Shown in pieces: positions 44,591 through 55,295 of a stretch of DNA of 64,000 nt. This DNA is from an uncultured Gammaproteobacteria bacterium (GTDB lineage: Bacteria; Pseudomonadota; Gammaproteobacteria; JACCXJ01). The stretch is from NCBI GenBank assembly GCA_963764725.1, contig CAVXTM010000016.1:416001-480000 (forward strand), in the 5' to 3' direction. The notes under the pieces were generated by a model. The model had not been told where the DNA came from. It saw only the letters and a list, made by a program, of their open reading frames with translations, and ran no database searches. Each line of letters opens with the position of its first letter. Position 1 is the first letter of the stretch. Position numbers and translations under genes: made by a program.

Positions 44591-46102
44591 TTATTCTATC
44601 GATGCGCGCCCGCACGCAAAGTCCGGTGAGGGGACGGAGGCGGTGCTGTCGTGCGCAGGCAAGATCGTTCGCGCGTGGCTCTCGGACGCGCGCGAGACCG
44701 ATTCTGTGCCGCTCGAGGTGAGCGCAACCGGCACCGTCCGCGTGCCCATGCGGCACGGCCTGTCTACGGTTCGATTGCGATTGGATGATGAGGCATGAGC
44801 GGCGCCGCTTGTTGCGCCAGCCTTGGACGCTGCTGCGGCGTGGAGTTGGATCGCCGTGCGATAGGCGGTCACGAGCTTCTGCGCGCTCTCTTCGAAGGAA
44901 AAGGTGCGCGCGATCTTTCGGTACTCTTCTCCAGAGGCGCGGCGAAGCTCGGGCTGCTCGATCAGCGCGTCGATTTTTTGCGCCAAAACCTTTTCGTCGC
45001 TCGCAGGAAACGAGAAGCGCTCATCGAGCGCCATCGTTGACGCAGCGCTCTCCGGGCTGTCCGCCACGAGCACCGGGCAGCCGAAGCTCATCGCTTCGAG
45101 CACCGACATTCCTTCGAGCTCGACCTCACTCGCGTGCACGAACAAGTCGCAGGTCGCGAGCAGCTGGTCGAGCCGCGGCTGCGGCACAAAACCCATCTCG
45201 ACCTCGTTCGGCAGCCGTTCCGCGAGCGCGCGCAGCCGTCCCTCTTCGGGCCCTGCGCCGGCGAGCACCACTTTGACGTGCTGACGGTGTCGGCACAGGC
45301 GCAGCGCGCGCAACAACACGTCCTGGCGTTTTTCACGCGCCAGCCGCCCGACCATCAGGATGAGAAAAAAGCCAGAGTCGCGGACATTGCGAAGGTCCGG
45401 CTGCCTCGTCGCGTGCGAGACAGTGCCGTTCGACACCTGCTCTACCGGCACCAGGAGCCCATGCTCCCGCAACTTCCGCTCGGCGAACGCCGTTGGACAG
45501 ATCACCAGCTCGCTGCGATTGTAGAGCCGGTCGATCCAGAACCGGTACAGCCAATCGCTGAGGCGCTGCGAGCGAACGCCAACGTTCATCAACACGTTCT
45601 CCGGTTGGACGTGAAACGCGGTGACGATGGGAAGGTGCTGCTTTCTCGCCTCTTCGAAGGCCACCATCGACAGCCAAAAGGGATACTGTACATGAACGAT
45701 GTCCGAGGCGGCGAACACCCGAGCGAGCTTGTCGCGTTGCGGGCGCGCGAAGACGAAGCCATTCTCGCGCATGCGCCGAATCGAGGTGCCGAAGCCCGGC
45801 AACGCGACTTGGCCCGGTGAGGGCGGATCTGCGCTGACCACCGTAACCTCGTGTTCTTGGCGCAAGCGGGTGACGAAACGTCGTCCTGAGACGAGGCCTC
45901 CTCCTAGGCCTTCTAAACAATCGGCGATAAACGCGATACGTAGGCGCTCAGGGGATTTTACGCTGACGCGTTGCGAGCGCCCGGCGTGCTCGACCGCAGC
46001 CACGCGTTCACGGCGCTGCTCGATCCGCGCCGGACCGGGCAAATGGATCTGTCGGCGTTCTCGACGTTCGACGCCTGGCTGCACTGCTTGCATGTTCTTC
46101 AT
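44591..46102 (-). CDS. GT4-family (GT-B) glycosyltransferase
   Basis: RBS CAGGAGG before MKNMQ; TAFHVQPEN, VGRLAREKRQ, SEVELEGMSVLEAMSFGCPV (EX7E). Confidence 0.9.
   Translation of the reverse strand: MKNMQAVQPGVERRERRQIHLPGPARIEQRRERVAAVEHAGRSQRVSVKSPERLRIAFIADCLEGLGGGLVSGRRFVTRLRQEHEVTVVSADPPSPGQVALPGFGTSIRRMRENGFVFARPQRDKLARVFAASDIVHVQYPFWLSMVAFEEARKQHLPIVTAFHVQPENVLMNVGVRSQRLSDWLYRFWIDRLYNRSELVICPTAFAERKLREHGLLVPVEQVSNGTVSHATRQPDLRNVRDSGFFLILMVGRLAREKRQDVLLRALRLCRHRQHVKVVLAGAGPEEGRLRALAERLPNEVEMGFVPQPRLDQLLATCDLFVHASEVELEGMSVLEAMSFGCPVLVADSPESAASTMALDERFSFPASDEKVLAQKIDALIEQPELRRASGEEYRKIARTFSFEESAQKLVTAYRTAIQLHAAAASKAGATSGAAHASSSNRNRTVDRPCRMGTRTVPVALTSSGTESVSRASESHARTILPAHDSTASVPSPDFACGRASIE
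44605..44822 (+). repeat. Direct repeat copy 2 (duplicated GH38 3' end)
   Basis: Encodes ARPHAKSGEGTEAVLSCAGKIVRAWLSDARETDSVPLEVSATGTVRVPMRHGLSTVRLRLDDEA*, as in the GH38 tail. Confidence 0.95.
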
Positions 46103-46383
46103 GGTCGCCTCCTGTCTTTGAGGTTCTGAGAAAGCCGCCCGAGGTATCGCAAAAAAATAGGCTACGCCGGGCGGGTTATTGAACTCGATCGCCAAGACGC
46201 GGGCAGGATCCGCTCGGTCCGCACCTTTTGCCATCGCGGTCATCACCGACGGCAGGAATGCGAGCTTGCTACGGAACCCAAAGACCTCCAATTGATGCCG
46301 GCTCACCGGCAATCCCCTGTAGGTACTCACGAAGCCTTCTCGAGTGGAGCGGAACCGGCCGTCCACTGTGCCCTTTGATTTGC

Positions 46384-46521
46384 TCAATGCCAGAACCTGC
46401 ACTTGCTGGGGACTGACTGGATCCCATTCGACGCCGAAGCCCTTGTGCTTGCGAGATTGCCGGCAAAGGTTTCGGATGCGAGCAGTGCCACCATGACCGG
46501 CAAGATAAGTCTGCTTTTCAT
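46384..46521 (-). CDS. 45-aa ORF with signal-peptide-like N-terminus (possibly a truncated secreted protein)
   Basis: Strong RBS AAAGGAGG; MKSRLILPVMVALLASETFAGNLASTRASASNGIQSVPSKCRFWH*; lies downstream of the sigma54 promoter. Confidence 0.5.
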   Translation of the reverse strand: MKSRLILPVMVALLASETFAGNLASTRASASNGIQSVPSKCRFWH

Positions 46522-46632
46522 AGTCGATACCTCCTTTAAGGTTTAACTTGCCAAGACTTCCGCACACGGGAGCGTTCGGTATCTCGCTAGCCAGAAGCAT
46601 CCGCTGCGGAATTGGCTTACGACTTAGGTATC

Positions 46633-46648
46633 AGCAAGCTTCGTTCCA
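46633..46648 (-). promoter_or_regulatory. Sigma54 (-24/-12) promoter
   Basis: Minus strand TGGAACGAAGCTTGCT versus consensus TGGCAC-N5-TTGCW. Confidence 0.7.
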
Positions 46649-46759
46649 GCCCCGCCCTAAAACGCGCCAATATTGATTAACTCGCTGGAACGGAACCAGA
46701 TTTGGACTTGACCAGGGCAGTTTTTTGGTGGGGAAACGAAGCGGTGCCGAAGCCGCCGT

Positions 46760-46791
46760 GCCGACATATCGGCTTCTGCCGATATGTCGGC
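46760..46791. promoter_or_regulatory. Perfect 14-bp inverted repeat, candidate enhancer (UAS) for a sigma54 activator
   Basis: GCCGACATATCGGC-TTCT-GCCGATATGTCGGC; each arm is itself quasi-palindromic; about 110-140 bp upstream of the sigma54 site. Confidence 0.6.
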
Positions 46792-46794
46792 GTC

Positions 46795-46892
46795 AGGGTG
46801 GCGAGAGAGGCCGAGCTTCCTCATTCTGGACTGCGTTGTCCGTTTCATTTCGAGACGGGCCGCAGCGCCGGTGGGCCCCCCGATCACCAGGC
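46795..46892 (-). pseudogene. Sigma54 activator (FhlA/NtrC-like) C-terminal HTH fragment
   Basis: WVIGGPTGAAARLEMKRTT-QSRMRKLGLSR resembles the Fis-type HTH tail of FhlA-like activators. Confidence 0.75.
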
Positions 46893-47135
46893 GTCCGCGT
46901 ATAATTTTGAGGCCTCTTCAATAAAATTCTTATACAACTCTTCCCGCCTGGTCATATCGTGTACGAGCTGCTGCGCTCTGACGGATCTTCCTCAACGTGG
47001 GGTAGTGAGGATCGAGCATAACCTTTTGAATGTCAGCACTTAAATAGAGGAAGAGAGGAAACGGTTTACTGTCTACGAAGCCGCGGCCGCAATAGTATCT
47101 TTTCGCAGTAACTCGACCAGTCCATTGCAGCGTGA

Positions 47136-48717
47136 TCACTTCTTCGCGCGCGGTCGTCGCTCGACCAAGACCCAGGCAGCGAGCGCGCTCAAGAGCGCGA
47201 GGCCCGCACTCAGCAGCATGATCCAGCGAAAGCCGGACACGAAGGAAAGCTGTACGGTGCGCCTGAGCGCCGATGCAACGGTGGCGTCCACACCGGGTGG
47301 GAGTGCGGCGCTCGCCAACCGGCCGCGCTGGCCGTCAAGGAATGCGCTAATCTCCTGCGACACACCTGCCTCGGGCAACCTTTCATGCAGAGCATTCTCG
47401 AAGGCCCACGCCATCACGATGCCAAAGAAGGCGATCGCTAGCAGCGCGGCCATCCTGGATACGGCATTGTTGACGCCTGAAGCGATACCTGCGACATCCG
47501 GGCCGACTGAGTTCATCACAGTCGTGGTCAGCGGCGCGACGGTGACCGTCATCCCGATGCCAAGCACGACGACGGCCGGGAAAAACCCAATCCAGTAGTC
47601 GGCTTCGATGTCCGGCAGCGCAAACAGGGCGAAGCCCGCCGCGGCCGTCACCGGACCCACCACCAACGGCAGCTTGGATCCAAAGCGATCGACCAAGCTT
47701 CCCGCCCAGCGCGACAGTACGAACATGATGAGAATGAACGGCAAGAGCGCCGCGCCCGCCGCGGTGGCGGTATAGCCCTGCACCTGGATCAGGTTCAGCG
47801 GGAAGAAGTACAGGCCTCCACCCAAGGCCGCATACAACAACAGCGTGAGCAAGTTGGCGCCACTGAAGTTGCGGATCCGAAACAACTGCAGCGGCAACAT
47901 CGGAGAGCGTGCCCGCAGTTCGACCACGACGAACACCATCGCCGCTGCGACTCCGACGAGCAGCGAGGCGAGCACTGCCGGCGAGCCCCATCGTTGTATC
48001 GGCGCCTCGATTAATGCGTACACGATGCCGCCCAGCGCAACGGTCGCCAGCAGCGCCCCCCAAAGGTCCAGGCCACCGGTGGAAACGCCGCGGCTCTCTG
48101 GAACACGCAGCCAAGCGATCGCGAGTGCGACGATCGCCAGCGGCACGTTGACTAGAAACGCCCACACCCATGAGTAGTGATCAACCAGGAAGCCCCCCAG
48201 CACCGGGCCGAGGGCGGCCGTGATTCCGCTGAACCCAGACCAGGTGCCGATCGCGCGGCCCCGCTCCTTTGCAGGGAAGGACGCACTGATGAGCGCGAGG
48301 CTGCCCGGCACCAGAAGCGCGGCACCCACGCCCTGCACTGCGCGCGCCGTGATGAGCTGGTGGATGTCCGCGGACAGCGCACAGGCGACCGAGGCCGCCG
48401 CGAACAGCACGACGCCGATCGGCAAAAATCATGCGCCGACCGAAGTGGTCTCCCAGGGAACCGCCGACGAGAAGGAGCGCGGCCAGAAACAACCCGTACG
48501 ACTCCACCACCCACTGCGCCTCGAACGCATCGGCCTGCAGATCGCGTTGAATAGCGGGCAGGGCAACGTTGACCGCCGTGCCGTCGATGAACGCCAGGCT
48601 CGAACCGGCAACCGCCGCAACCAGCACCCACCGCCTCGACGCCGGCGCGCATGGTGTGGCCTCTCCGCCGTGCAGTATCAGCGCGTCATCGCACGGCGGC
48701 TTGCCGATCTGACTCAT
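47136..48717 (-). CDS. DHA2-type MFS transporter (frameshift near 48422)
   Basis: FIDGTAVNVALP, GGSLGDHFGRR, ERGRAIGTW, ASGVNNAVSR. Confidence 0.92.
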
Positions 48718-48794
48718 GGACTGTACGCCTTCTCTCGCGTCGACGGTGCTGGAACCGGTCCGAAAGCTCGATGCTCCGCACCGTTACCCACGTG

Positions 48795-48952
48795 TCAGCC
48801 GCGCGGTGGGTCGTGTGATTGGGAAGACGAACGAGCGACGGCAAGATACCGGTGGATCTGTGCCACCGCCGCGGCGCGTTCGCCGATCGCGTCTCCCACA
48901 CGTTTCACCGAGGCGGAACGCACGTCGCCCACCGCGAACACGCCGGGAGGCC
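48795..48952 (-). pseudogene. Thioredoxin-reductase-like flavoprotein C-terminal fragment
   Basis: PGVFAVGDVRSASVKRVGDAIGERAAAVAQIHRYL. Confidence 0.75.
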
Positions 48953-48974
48953 CTGGATCACGAGCCTGCGTTAA

Positions 48975-51239
48975 TTACGTAGAACGCAGTTGGTCCGGCT
49001 TCACCGGCAGCTTGCGGACGCGCTTGCCGGTCGCTGCGAAGATCGCGTTGGTCACCGCCGGTGCGATCGCTGACGTACCCGGCTCGCCGATGCCCCCCGG
49101 CGCCTCCGCGCTCTTCACGAGATGCACTTCGATCACGGGTGCCTCGTTGATACGCAGCGTGCGGTAGTCGTCGAAGTTATTTTGCTCGACGCGGCCGTCC
49201 TTGATCGTGATCTCTCCAAAGAGGGCACGCCGTGATCCCGAAGATGATTCCGCCTTCCATCTGCGCCTTTACCGTGTCCGGATTGACGATCATCCCGCAG
49301 TCGACCGCGCAGACTACGCGCTGGACTCGCACTTCGCCCTCCTTGGAGACCGCTACCTCCGCGACCTGTGCCAGATAGCTGCCAAAGGCGTGCTGCAGCG
49401 GACACGCCCACGACCGCTGGCCCTGCGGCAGCGGCTTGACCCCAGCCGGCCTTCTCCGTGGCCAGATCGAGCACCGCCCGGGCGCGCGGCGACTTGCCGA
49501 GCAGGGCGCGGCGGTATTCGACCGGATCCTTCTTCGCCGCCGCCGCGAGTTCGTCGATGAAGCTCTCGACCACGAAGATGTTGTGCGTGGGCCCGACGCC
49601 GCGCCAGAACCGGTGGCAATACCCGGCGGCTCCTGACGCACGTACTCGACCAGGATGTTGGGGAACGCATAGGGCAGCTCCGCCGCGCCGTCCACGGCAT
49701 CCGGATCGAGGCCCTCACCATAGCGATGAGGTTGTGGAGGCCGGCTGCGCGCATCACCCTAGGTCTTGGGAACGCTGCGGGTAACGCGCGCCAGGATCGA
49801 GGACCCGGTGATCCGATGGCTCCAGGCGATCGGCCTGCCGTGTTCGTCGAGGCCGGCGGCGATCCGATCGTAGTAGTACGGCCGGTACATGTCGTGCTGG
49901 ATGTCTTCTTCGCGGGTCCAGATCACCTTGACCGGACCAGCGACCTGCTTCGCGATCTGCACCGCCTGGGCGATGAAATCCACCTCGAGCCGCCGGCCGA
50001 AGCCGCCGCCGAGCAGATGGTTATGCACCTGGACCTTCTCAGGCGGCAGACCGGTCACCTGCGCGGCGGCGGCCTGGGCGCGGGTCGCGCACCTGGGTGC
50101 CCACCCAGACATCGCAGCCGTCCTTGCGCACGTGGACGGTGCAGTTCACCGGCTCCATCGTGGCGTGCGCGAGGAACGGCACCTGGTAGACCGCCTCGAC
50201 CTTCTGGGCGGCGCCGGCCATGGCCTTGGCGACATCGCCCTCCTTGCGCGCGACCACGCCCGGCGTCTGCGAGGCCGCTTCGAGTTGCTGCACGATATCG
50301 GCGGTGCTGAGCTTGGCGTTCGGGCCCTCGTTCCAGCGGATGTCGAGCGCAGCCAGGCCCTGCTTCGCCGCCCACATGTGATCGGCGACCACCGCCACGG
50401 CGTCGTCGAGGCGCACCACTTGGTGCACGCCCTTGATCGCCTTCGCCTTGCCGTCGTCCACGCTCGCGAGCTTGCCGCCGAACACCGGACAGGCGGCAAC
50501 GGTGGCGATCTTCATGCCGGGGACCTTCACGTCGATGCCGAACTGCGCCTTGCCGTTGACCTTGTCAGGGCTGTCGAGGCGCTTGGCGGGGGTGCCGATC
50601 AGCTTGAAGTCCTTCGGGTCCTTGAGCGCGACCTGGTCCGGCACCGGCAAGGCTGCAGCCTTATCGACCAGGGCGCCGTAGTTGAGCTTGCGGCCGGTCG
50701 GCACGTGGATCACCTCGCCCTTCTCGGCGCGGCAGGAATTCGCATCGACGTTCCAGGTCGCGCCGCGGCGGACACCAGCAGCGTGCGAGCGGTGGCGCCG
50801 GCACGGCGCAGCGGTTCCCAGGCGCCACGCACCGAGGTCGAGCCGCCGGTCATCCTGAAACCCGACCAGCGGATTGGCATAGAGCTTATCGTCGGGCGGC
50901 GCATGTTCGAGGTGGACCTGGGCCAGATCCACTTCCAGCTCTTCGGCGAGCGAGCATCGGCAGGGAGGTGTAGGTGCCCTGCCCCATCTCGACCTGGTGC
51001 ACGACGAGGGTCACGCGCCCTCGACGGTCGATGCGGATAAAAGCGTTGGGCGCGAAGGTGTTTGCCGTGGCGGTCTCGGCGGCCTCGGCATTACGCATCA
51101 GCGCGGGTAGGCTGAAGCTCAGCAGCAGCCCGCCGCCGGCGGCCGCGCTGGCTTTCAGAAAAGTCCGTCGGGAGATACCGCCCTCGGACATGGACTCAGC
51201 ACCCTCTTGAGCAGCGTACAGCAGTTGTTCGAGACTCAT
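48975..51239 (-). CDS. Molybdopterin-binding subunit of an aldehyde/isoquinoline oxidoreductase (IorB-like), Tat signal, many frameshifts
   Basis: [55 protein letters not shown]. Confidence 0.88.
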
Positions 51240-51241
51240 GG

Positions 51242-51719
51242 TCAGGCTCCCTTTATAGCAGTGGCTTTAGACTGCGCCGCCTGTTTGATCGCGGCGCGGA
51301 TGCGCGGATAGGTGCCGCAGCGACAGATGTTGCCGGCCATGGCCGCGTCGATGTCGGCATCGGTGGGATTTGGATTGCTCGCCAGCAGCGCGGATGCGGA
51401 CATGATCTGGCCCGACTGGCAGTAGCCGCACTGGACCACTTCCAGATCCAGCCAGGCTTTCTGCACCTTCTTGCCGCTCGGAGTTTCGCCGATCGCCTCG
51501 ATGGTCGTGATCCTTCTTTCCGCCGACCGCCGATACCGGCGTCACACACGAGCGTGTCGGCGTACCGTCCACGTGCACCGTACAGGCCCCGCATAGCGCC
51601 ATGCCGCAACCGAACTTGGTGCCGGTCAGACCCACCACGTCGCGCAGCACCCAGAGCAAAGGCATATCGGGAGATACGTCGACCGTGTGATCCTCACCGT
51701 TGATTTTTAGTGTGGCCAT
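51242..51719 (-). CDS. [2Fe-2S] small subunit (IorA-like), one frameshift
   Basis: [32 protein letters not shown]. Confidence 0.92.
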
Positions 51720-51748
51720 GATTATGTCCTCCAGGTGTCGGTCCTACA

Positions 51749-52357
51749 CTAGATTATGGCATCCGCAAACCGAGTTTGCACCGCGTCGAGGTCCGCTTGC
51801 GTATCGATATCCACCAAGACAGCGTCGTCCGGCATTTCCACTTCGACGATCTGGTCGGCAAGCTCGCGGAACAGCACCCTCGCGCCCTGATCGCCGCGTA
51901 GCTCCAGCAAACGCGGGAAGTACTGCGCGCTCCACAGTACGGGATTCCCGCGCTTGCTTCTATACGTGGGAATGCAGATGCTACGGCCCTTCGCGGGGGC
52001 GAATGCGGCCAGCAGTGGACCCAAATGGCGAGGAGCGATCAGGGGCATGTCACCGAGCAGGAATACGGCGGCGTCGACCTCCGCCGCGATCGCCGCCACA
52101 CCGGCACGGATGGATGAAGCCAGGCCCTCCTCACTATGGTCGTTGCCGACGATCCGCACCGGTAATCCCTCCAGGGCCGCGGGCAGCGCTTCGCGATCGG
52201 ACCCGACAACCACGATCACCGGATCGAGACCGGCATCGAGCGCCGTCTGGACCACATGCCGGATGACGAGACGATTGCCCAAGGACATCAGCAGCTTGTT
52301 CGCCGGCGCCAGGCGCGATGATAGACCTGCCGCGAGTATGACCGCTCCGAATTCCAT
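51749..52357 (-). CDS. mocA: Molybdenum cofactor cytidylyltransferase (MocA-like)
   Basis: ILAAGLSSR..NKLL, LGDMP, RGNPVLW, GDQGAR, DIDT. Confidence 0.85.
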   Translation of the reverse strand: MEFGAVILAAGLSSRLAPANKLLMSLGNRLVIRHVVQTALDAGLDPVIVVVGSDREALPAALEGLPVRIVGNDHSEEGLASSIRAGVAAIAAEVDAAVFLLGDMPLIAPRHLGPLLAAFAPAKGRSICIPTYRSKRGNPVLWSAQYFPRLLELRGDQGARVLFRELADQIVEVEMPDDAVLVDIDTQADLDAVQTRFADAII

Positions 52358-52359
52358 CG

Positions 52360-53376
52360 CTATGCCCCGGTCCGCCGTTCCTGGGTGATCTGCGCCAGGA
52401 TCGAGATGGCGATCTCGGCGGGCGTCACCGCACCGATGCTCAGTCCGACCGGGCCATGGATGCGGGCGCAATCCGCTGCGGAGAAGCCGCGCTGTGCCAG
52501 GCGGTCCAGCCGGCTCTCATGCGTTTTCCGGCTGCCCAGCGCGCCGATGTAAGATGCGGGCGAGCGCAGCGCCCAGGCTAGCGCCGGGTCGTCGAGCTTG
52601 GGATCGTGGGTCAGGGTTACCAGCGCGGTCCGCCGATCGGCCGTGATCTCGGCCAGGGCGAGATCAGGCCAGCGGGCATCGACGCTGAGCCCGGCGAAGC
52701 GCTCGGCTTCGGCAAACGCGCCGCGCGGGTCGATGATCAGGATCTCATAGCCCGCGAGGGCTGCGAGGTGCGCCAATGGCTGCGCGATGTGAACGGCGCC
52801 GACTAAAATCAGCTTGAACGGAGGATTGAAGACCTGGATGAAGACCAGCCCCGAAGCCGAGTCGAACCGCTCGCTGCGATCCTCGGCTAACAGTTCTCGG
52901 CTCCGCGTGATCGCGCCTGGGTCGATCTCAGTATCATGCGACATTGACGCCGGTCCGACGACGATCTGCTCGCCGGTGCGAAGCCAAGTCAGTAGCGCGA
53001 CGGGAACCTTCGCCCTCTTCGCCTCGAGAATCGCGGAAAGGACATTAGAATTCATTCGATTGACCGGCTCGACAAAAACCTGGATCCGGCCCCCGCAGCT
53101 GAGCCCCACGGACCAGGCATCCTCGTTTGCAATGCCAAAATCGAGCAATGCCGGTTCTCCGGTCTCGATGACCTCCAGTGCGCGGCGCACCACTTCCCCT
53201 TCGACGCAGCCTCCCGAAACTGAGCCCATGAATCGCCCCGAATCATCAGCTAGCAACTGACTTCCCGGCGGGCGCGGCGATGAGCCCCAGGCTGCCACAA
53301 CGGTTGCGAGCGCGCCGCGCCGGCCTTCACTGCGCCAGGCGGCTGCCAATTCCAACAGGTCCAGCTCATGCCCCAT
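52360..53376 (-). CDS. xdhC: XdhC/CoxI-family Moco insertion chaperone
   Basis: WGSSPRPPG, GSVSGGCVE, VGLSCGG, THDPKLDD, YIGALGSRKT, TPAEIAISI. Confidence 0.9.
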   Translation of the reverse strand: MGHELDLLELAAAWRSEGRRGALATVVAAWGSSPRPPGSQLLADDSGRFMGSVSGGCVEGEVVRRALEVIETGEPALLDFGIANEDAWSVGLSCGGRIQVFVEPVNRMNSNVLSAILEAKRAKVPVALLTWLRTGEQIVVGPASMSHDTEIDPGAITRSRELLAEDRSERFDSASGLVFIQVFNPPFKLILVGAVHIAQPLAHLAALAGYEILIIDPRGAFAEAERFAGLSVDARWPDLALAEITADRRTALVTLTHDPKLDDPALAWALRSPASYIGALGSRKTHESRLDRLAQRGFSAADCARIHGPVGLSIGAVTPAEIAISILAQITQERRTGA

Positions 53377-53583
53377 ATTGATCCCTACGTTTCGCCGCGG
53401 CCAAACCTTGGCAATGATCTCGCCTGTCGTCGGGACCCTGAAACTGGATTGCGCGATCACAGGCCACGAGCGCCCCGCTTAGCTTCTCGTCGTGGCGCGT
53501 AAGACCGCGAGGAGCACGAGGCTTCATTGGCAACAAGGGCGACGTTCTCTGATTGTTCGTTCATCAGTTGACACCGCGGCGTC

Positions 53584-53690
53584 CTATGCTCGCTTCTCCC
53601 GCAGCGGCTTCAACGCGCCGCCCCAGGCGATAACCTGGTCGAGCATAGCGTTGACAGACTTCCCCTGCTGGGAAGCCGGCTTGAAGGCGA
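53584..53690 (-). pseudogene. NADPH-dependent FMN reductase C-terminal fragment
   Basis: FKPASQQGKSVNAMLDQVIAWGGALKPLR. Confidence 0.65.
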
Positions 53691-53785
53691 TCGAACGGTC
53701 TCGACGTCCACGTGCGTCACTCCGTTGGCTTTGGCATCTGGATACAGCTTTGAAGGGAAACTTTTCTCCGTGATACACGATATGT

Positions 53786-55285
53786 TTACTGTTCAGCCGG
53801 AACGGCGGGCCCTGAGTTTTGTCCGATATTGATCTCATCGTTGCCTCGGCCCACTGAGCGTTCTACGGCCCAACCGCCACCAAAAGCTCTGCAAAGCGAG
53901 ACCAAGGAGACACGAACGGCGGTTTCAGCTTTGACACGCTCGTCGTTGATCGAAAGTTTGGTGCGTTGAGCATCCAGCACGGATAAATAATCACTCGCTC
54001 CTCGCAGGTATAAGGCTTCGGAGAATCGATAGGTTTTATCTGCTGCTTGTTCGGCCTGTAGCAGTTCCTCGCGGTGCTCCTTCGAGGAGGTATGCGCGAC
54101 AAAGGCATTTTCCACGTCTTCCAAGGCGAGAAGGAAGGTTTTTTCGTACTTCGCCGCGACTTGATCTAGCCGCGCGTCCGCGCCAGCGATGTGAGCTCGA
54201 ATGCGTCCTGCATTGAAGATCGGCGCCGTGAGCCCAGAACCGAGGGCATATACCCCCTCCGCCAGACTCGAAAATCCTCCGACGGCCAGTGCGCCGAACC
54301 CACCGCTTGCTGACAGCACCAACTTCGGAAACTGATCGGCACGCGCTGTACCAAGGCTGGCCGCTGCTACACTCACTTCGGTTTGTGCAAGGCGCAGATC
54401 GGGCCGTTGTGACAGTAAGCTCGAAGGTAAGAGTTTTGGGATAGCTGGCAGAGCTGAAGGAAGAACTGCAGCAACTAATCGGCTTTCAAGTTTCGCCGGA
54501 GACTCGCCAAGCAACACACTGAGGCGATGGATAAGCGTTGCCTCTGCTGCGTTCAGTACCGGGAGGGCACTCTCGGTGCTATGCACCAAGGTTTCCTGGC
54601 GGGACACATCGGTGTCGTTTGTTAAACCTGCACGATAAAAGGCCTGCAGAGCTCTGAGCCTTTCGCGCTGGATCCCGATATTTTTCCGCAGAATGGCAAT
54701 CCGTTCCTGTGCGCCGCGCAGCTCCAGGTAGTTCGTTGCCACCTGAGCCAGCAATCCAACCTGTACCCCATGTCGAGCCTCTTCGGTTCCCGCAGCCTGA
54801 GCAGCCATCCCCTCGGCTTCAAGATGCCTGGCACCGAAAACGTCAATTTCCCACCGTGCAGCAAGCCCACCGGTGATAACATTGGCGGTGGGTGTGACCA
54901 GCTCTATCCCCTGGTTACCCGGTACCGCGATGATTCGGTCAATGCGCTTATCTCGGCCGCCTGATAAAAAGAAATCAACGCTAGGGTAAAGTGCTGATTC
55001 CGCAACCGTGACTAGAGCGTTGGCCTCGCGCACGCGAGCCGTTGCGATTCTGAGATCGTGGTTCGCGGCCAATGCCTGGCTGATCAACTCGTTCAGAAGG
55101 GGATCATGAAATCCTTGCCACCATTCCTTGAGGTCGGCCTGATTGGAATTGTCTTGAACAACTGGGGCATGATGCCAATCCGTCGGAGTCGATAATAGTA
55201 CCCGATCACTCACACGCGTCGGTGTACAGCCTGCTAAAATCACTATCATAAAGGCGATGCTTGGTATTAGATAGCGGGCCATCAC
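53786..55285 (-). CDS. Efflux outer membrane factor lipoprotein
   Basis: LAGC lipobox, WWQGFHDPLL, WEIDVFG, LLSQRPDL, AFGGGW. Confidence 0.95.
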   Translation of the reverse strand: MMARYLIPSIAFMIVILAGCTPTRVSDRVLLSTPTDWHHAPVVQDNSNQADLKEWWQGFHDPLLNELISQALAANHDLRIATARVREANALVTVAESALYPSVDFFLSGGRDKRIDRIIAVPGNQGIELVTPTANVITGGLAARWEIDVFGARHLEAEGMAAQAAGTEEARHGVQVGLLAQVATNYLELRGAQERIAILRKNIGIQRERLRALQAFYRAGLTNDTDVSRQETLVHSTESALPVLNAAEATLIHRLSVLLGESPAKLESRLVAAVLPSALPAIPKLLPSSLLSQRPDLRLAQTEVSVAAASLGTARADQFPKLVLSASGGFGALAVGGFSSLAEGVYALGSGLTAPIFNAGRIRAHIAGADARLDQVAAKYEKTFLLALEDVENAFVAHTSSKEHREELLQAEQAADKTYRFSEALYLRGASDYLSVLDAQRTKLSINDERVKAETAVRVSLVSLCRAFGGGWAVERSVGRGNDEINIGQNSGPAVPAEQ

Positions 55286-55295
55286 GGGAACCTCT

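Noticed and set aside
46103-46600. 165-aa N-terminal extension of GT4 in the ORF track
   Set aside because: No GT similarity; a good RBS sits at the 46102 start, and the region contains a separate small ORF in another frame.
47041-47130. Possible further ori-like end on the minus strand (AAACCGTTTCCTCTCTTCCTCTAT)
   Set aside because: It lacks the TTGACA core and aligns too weakly to the four clear copies.
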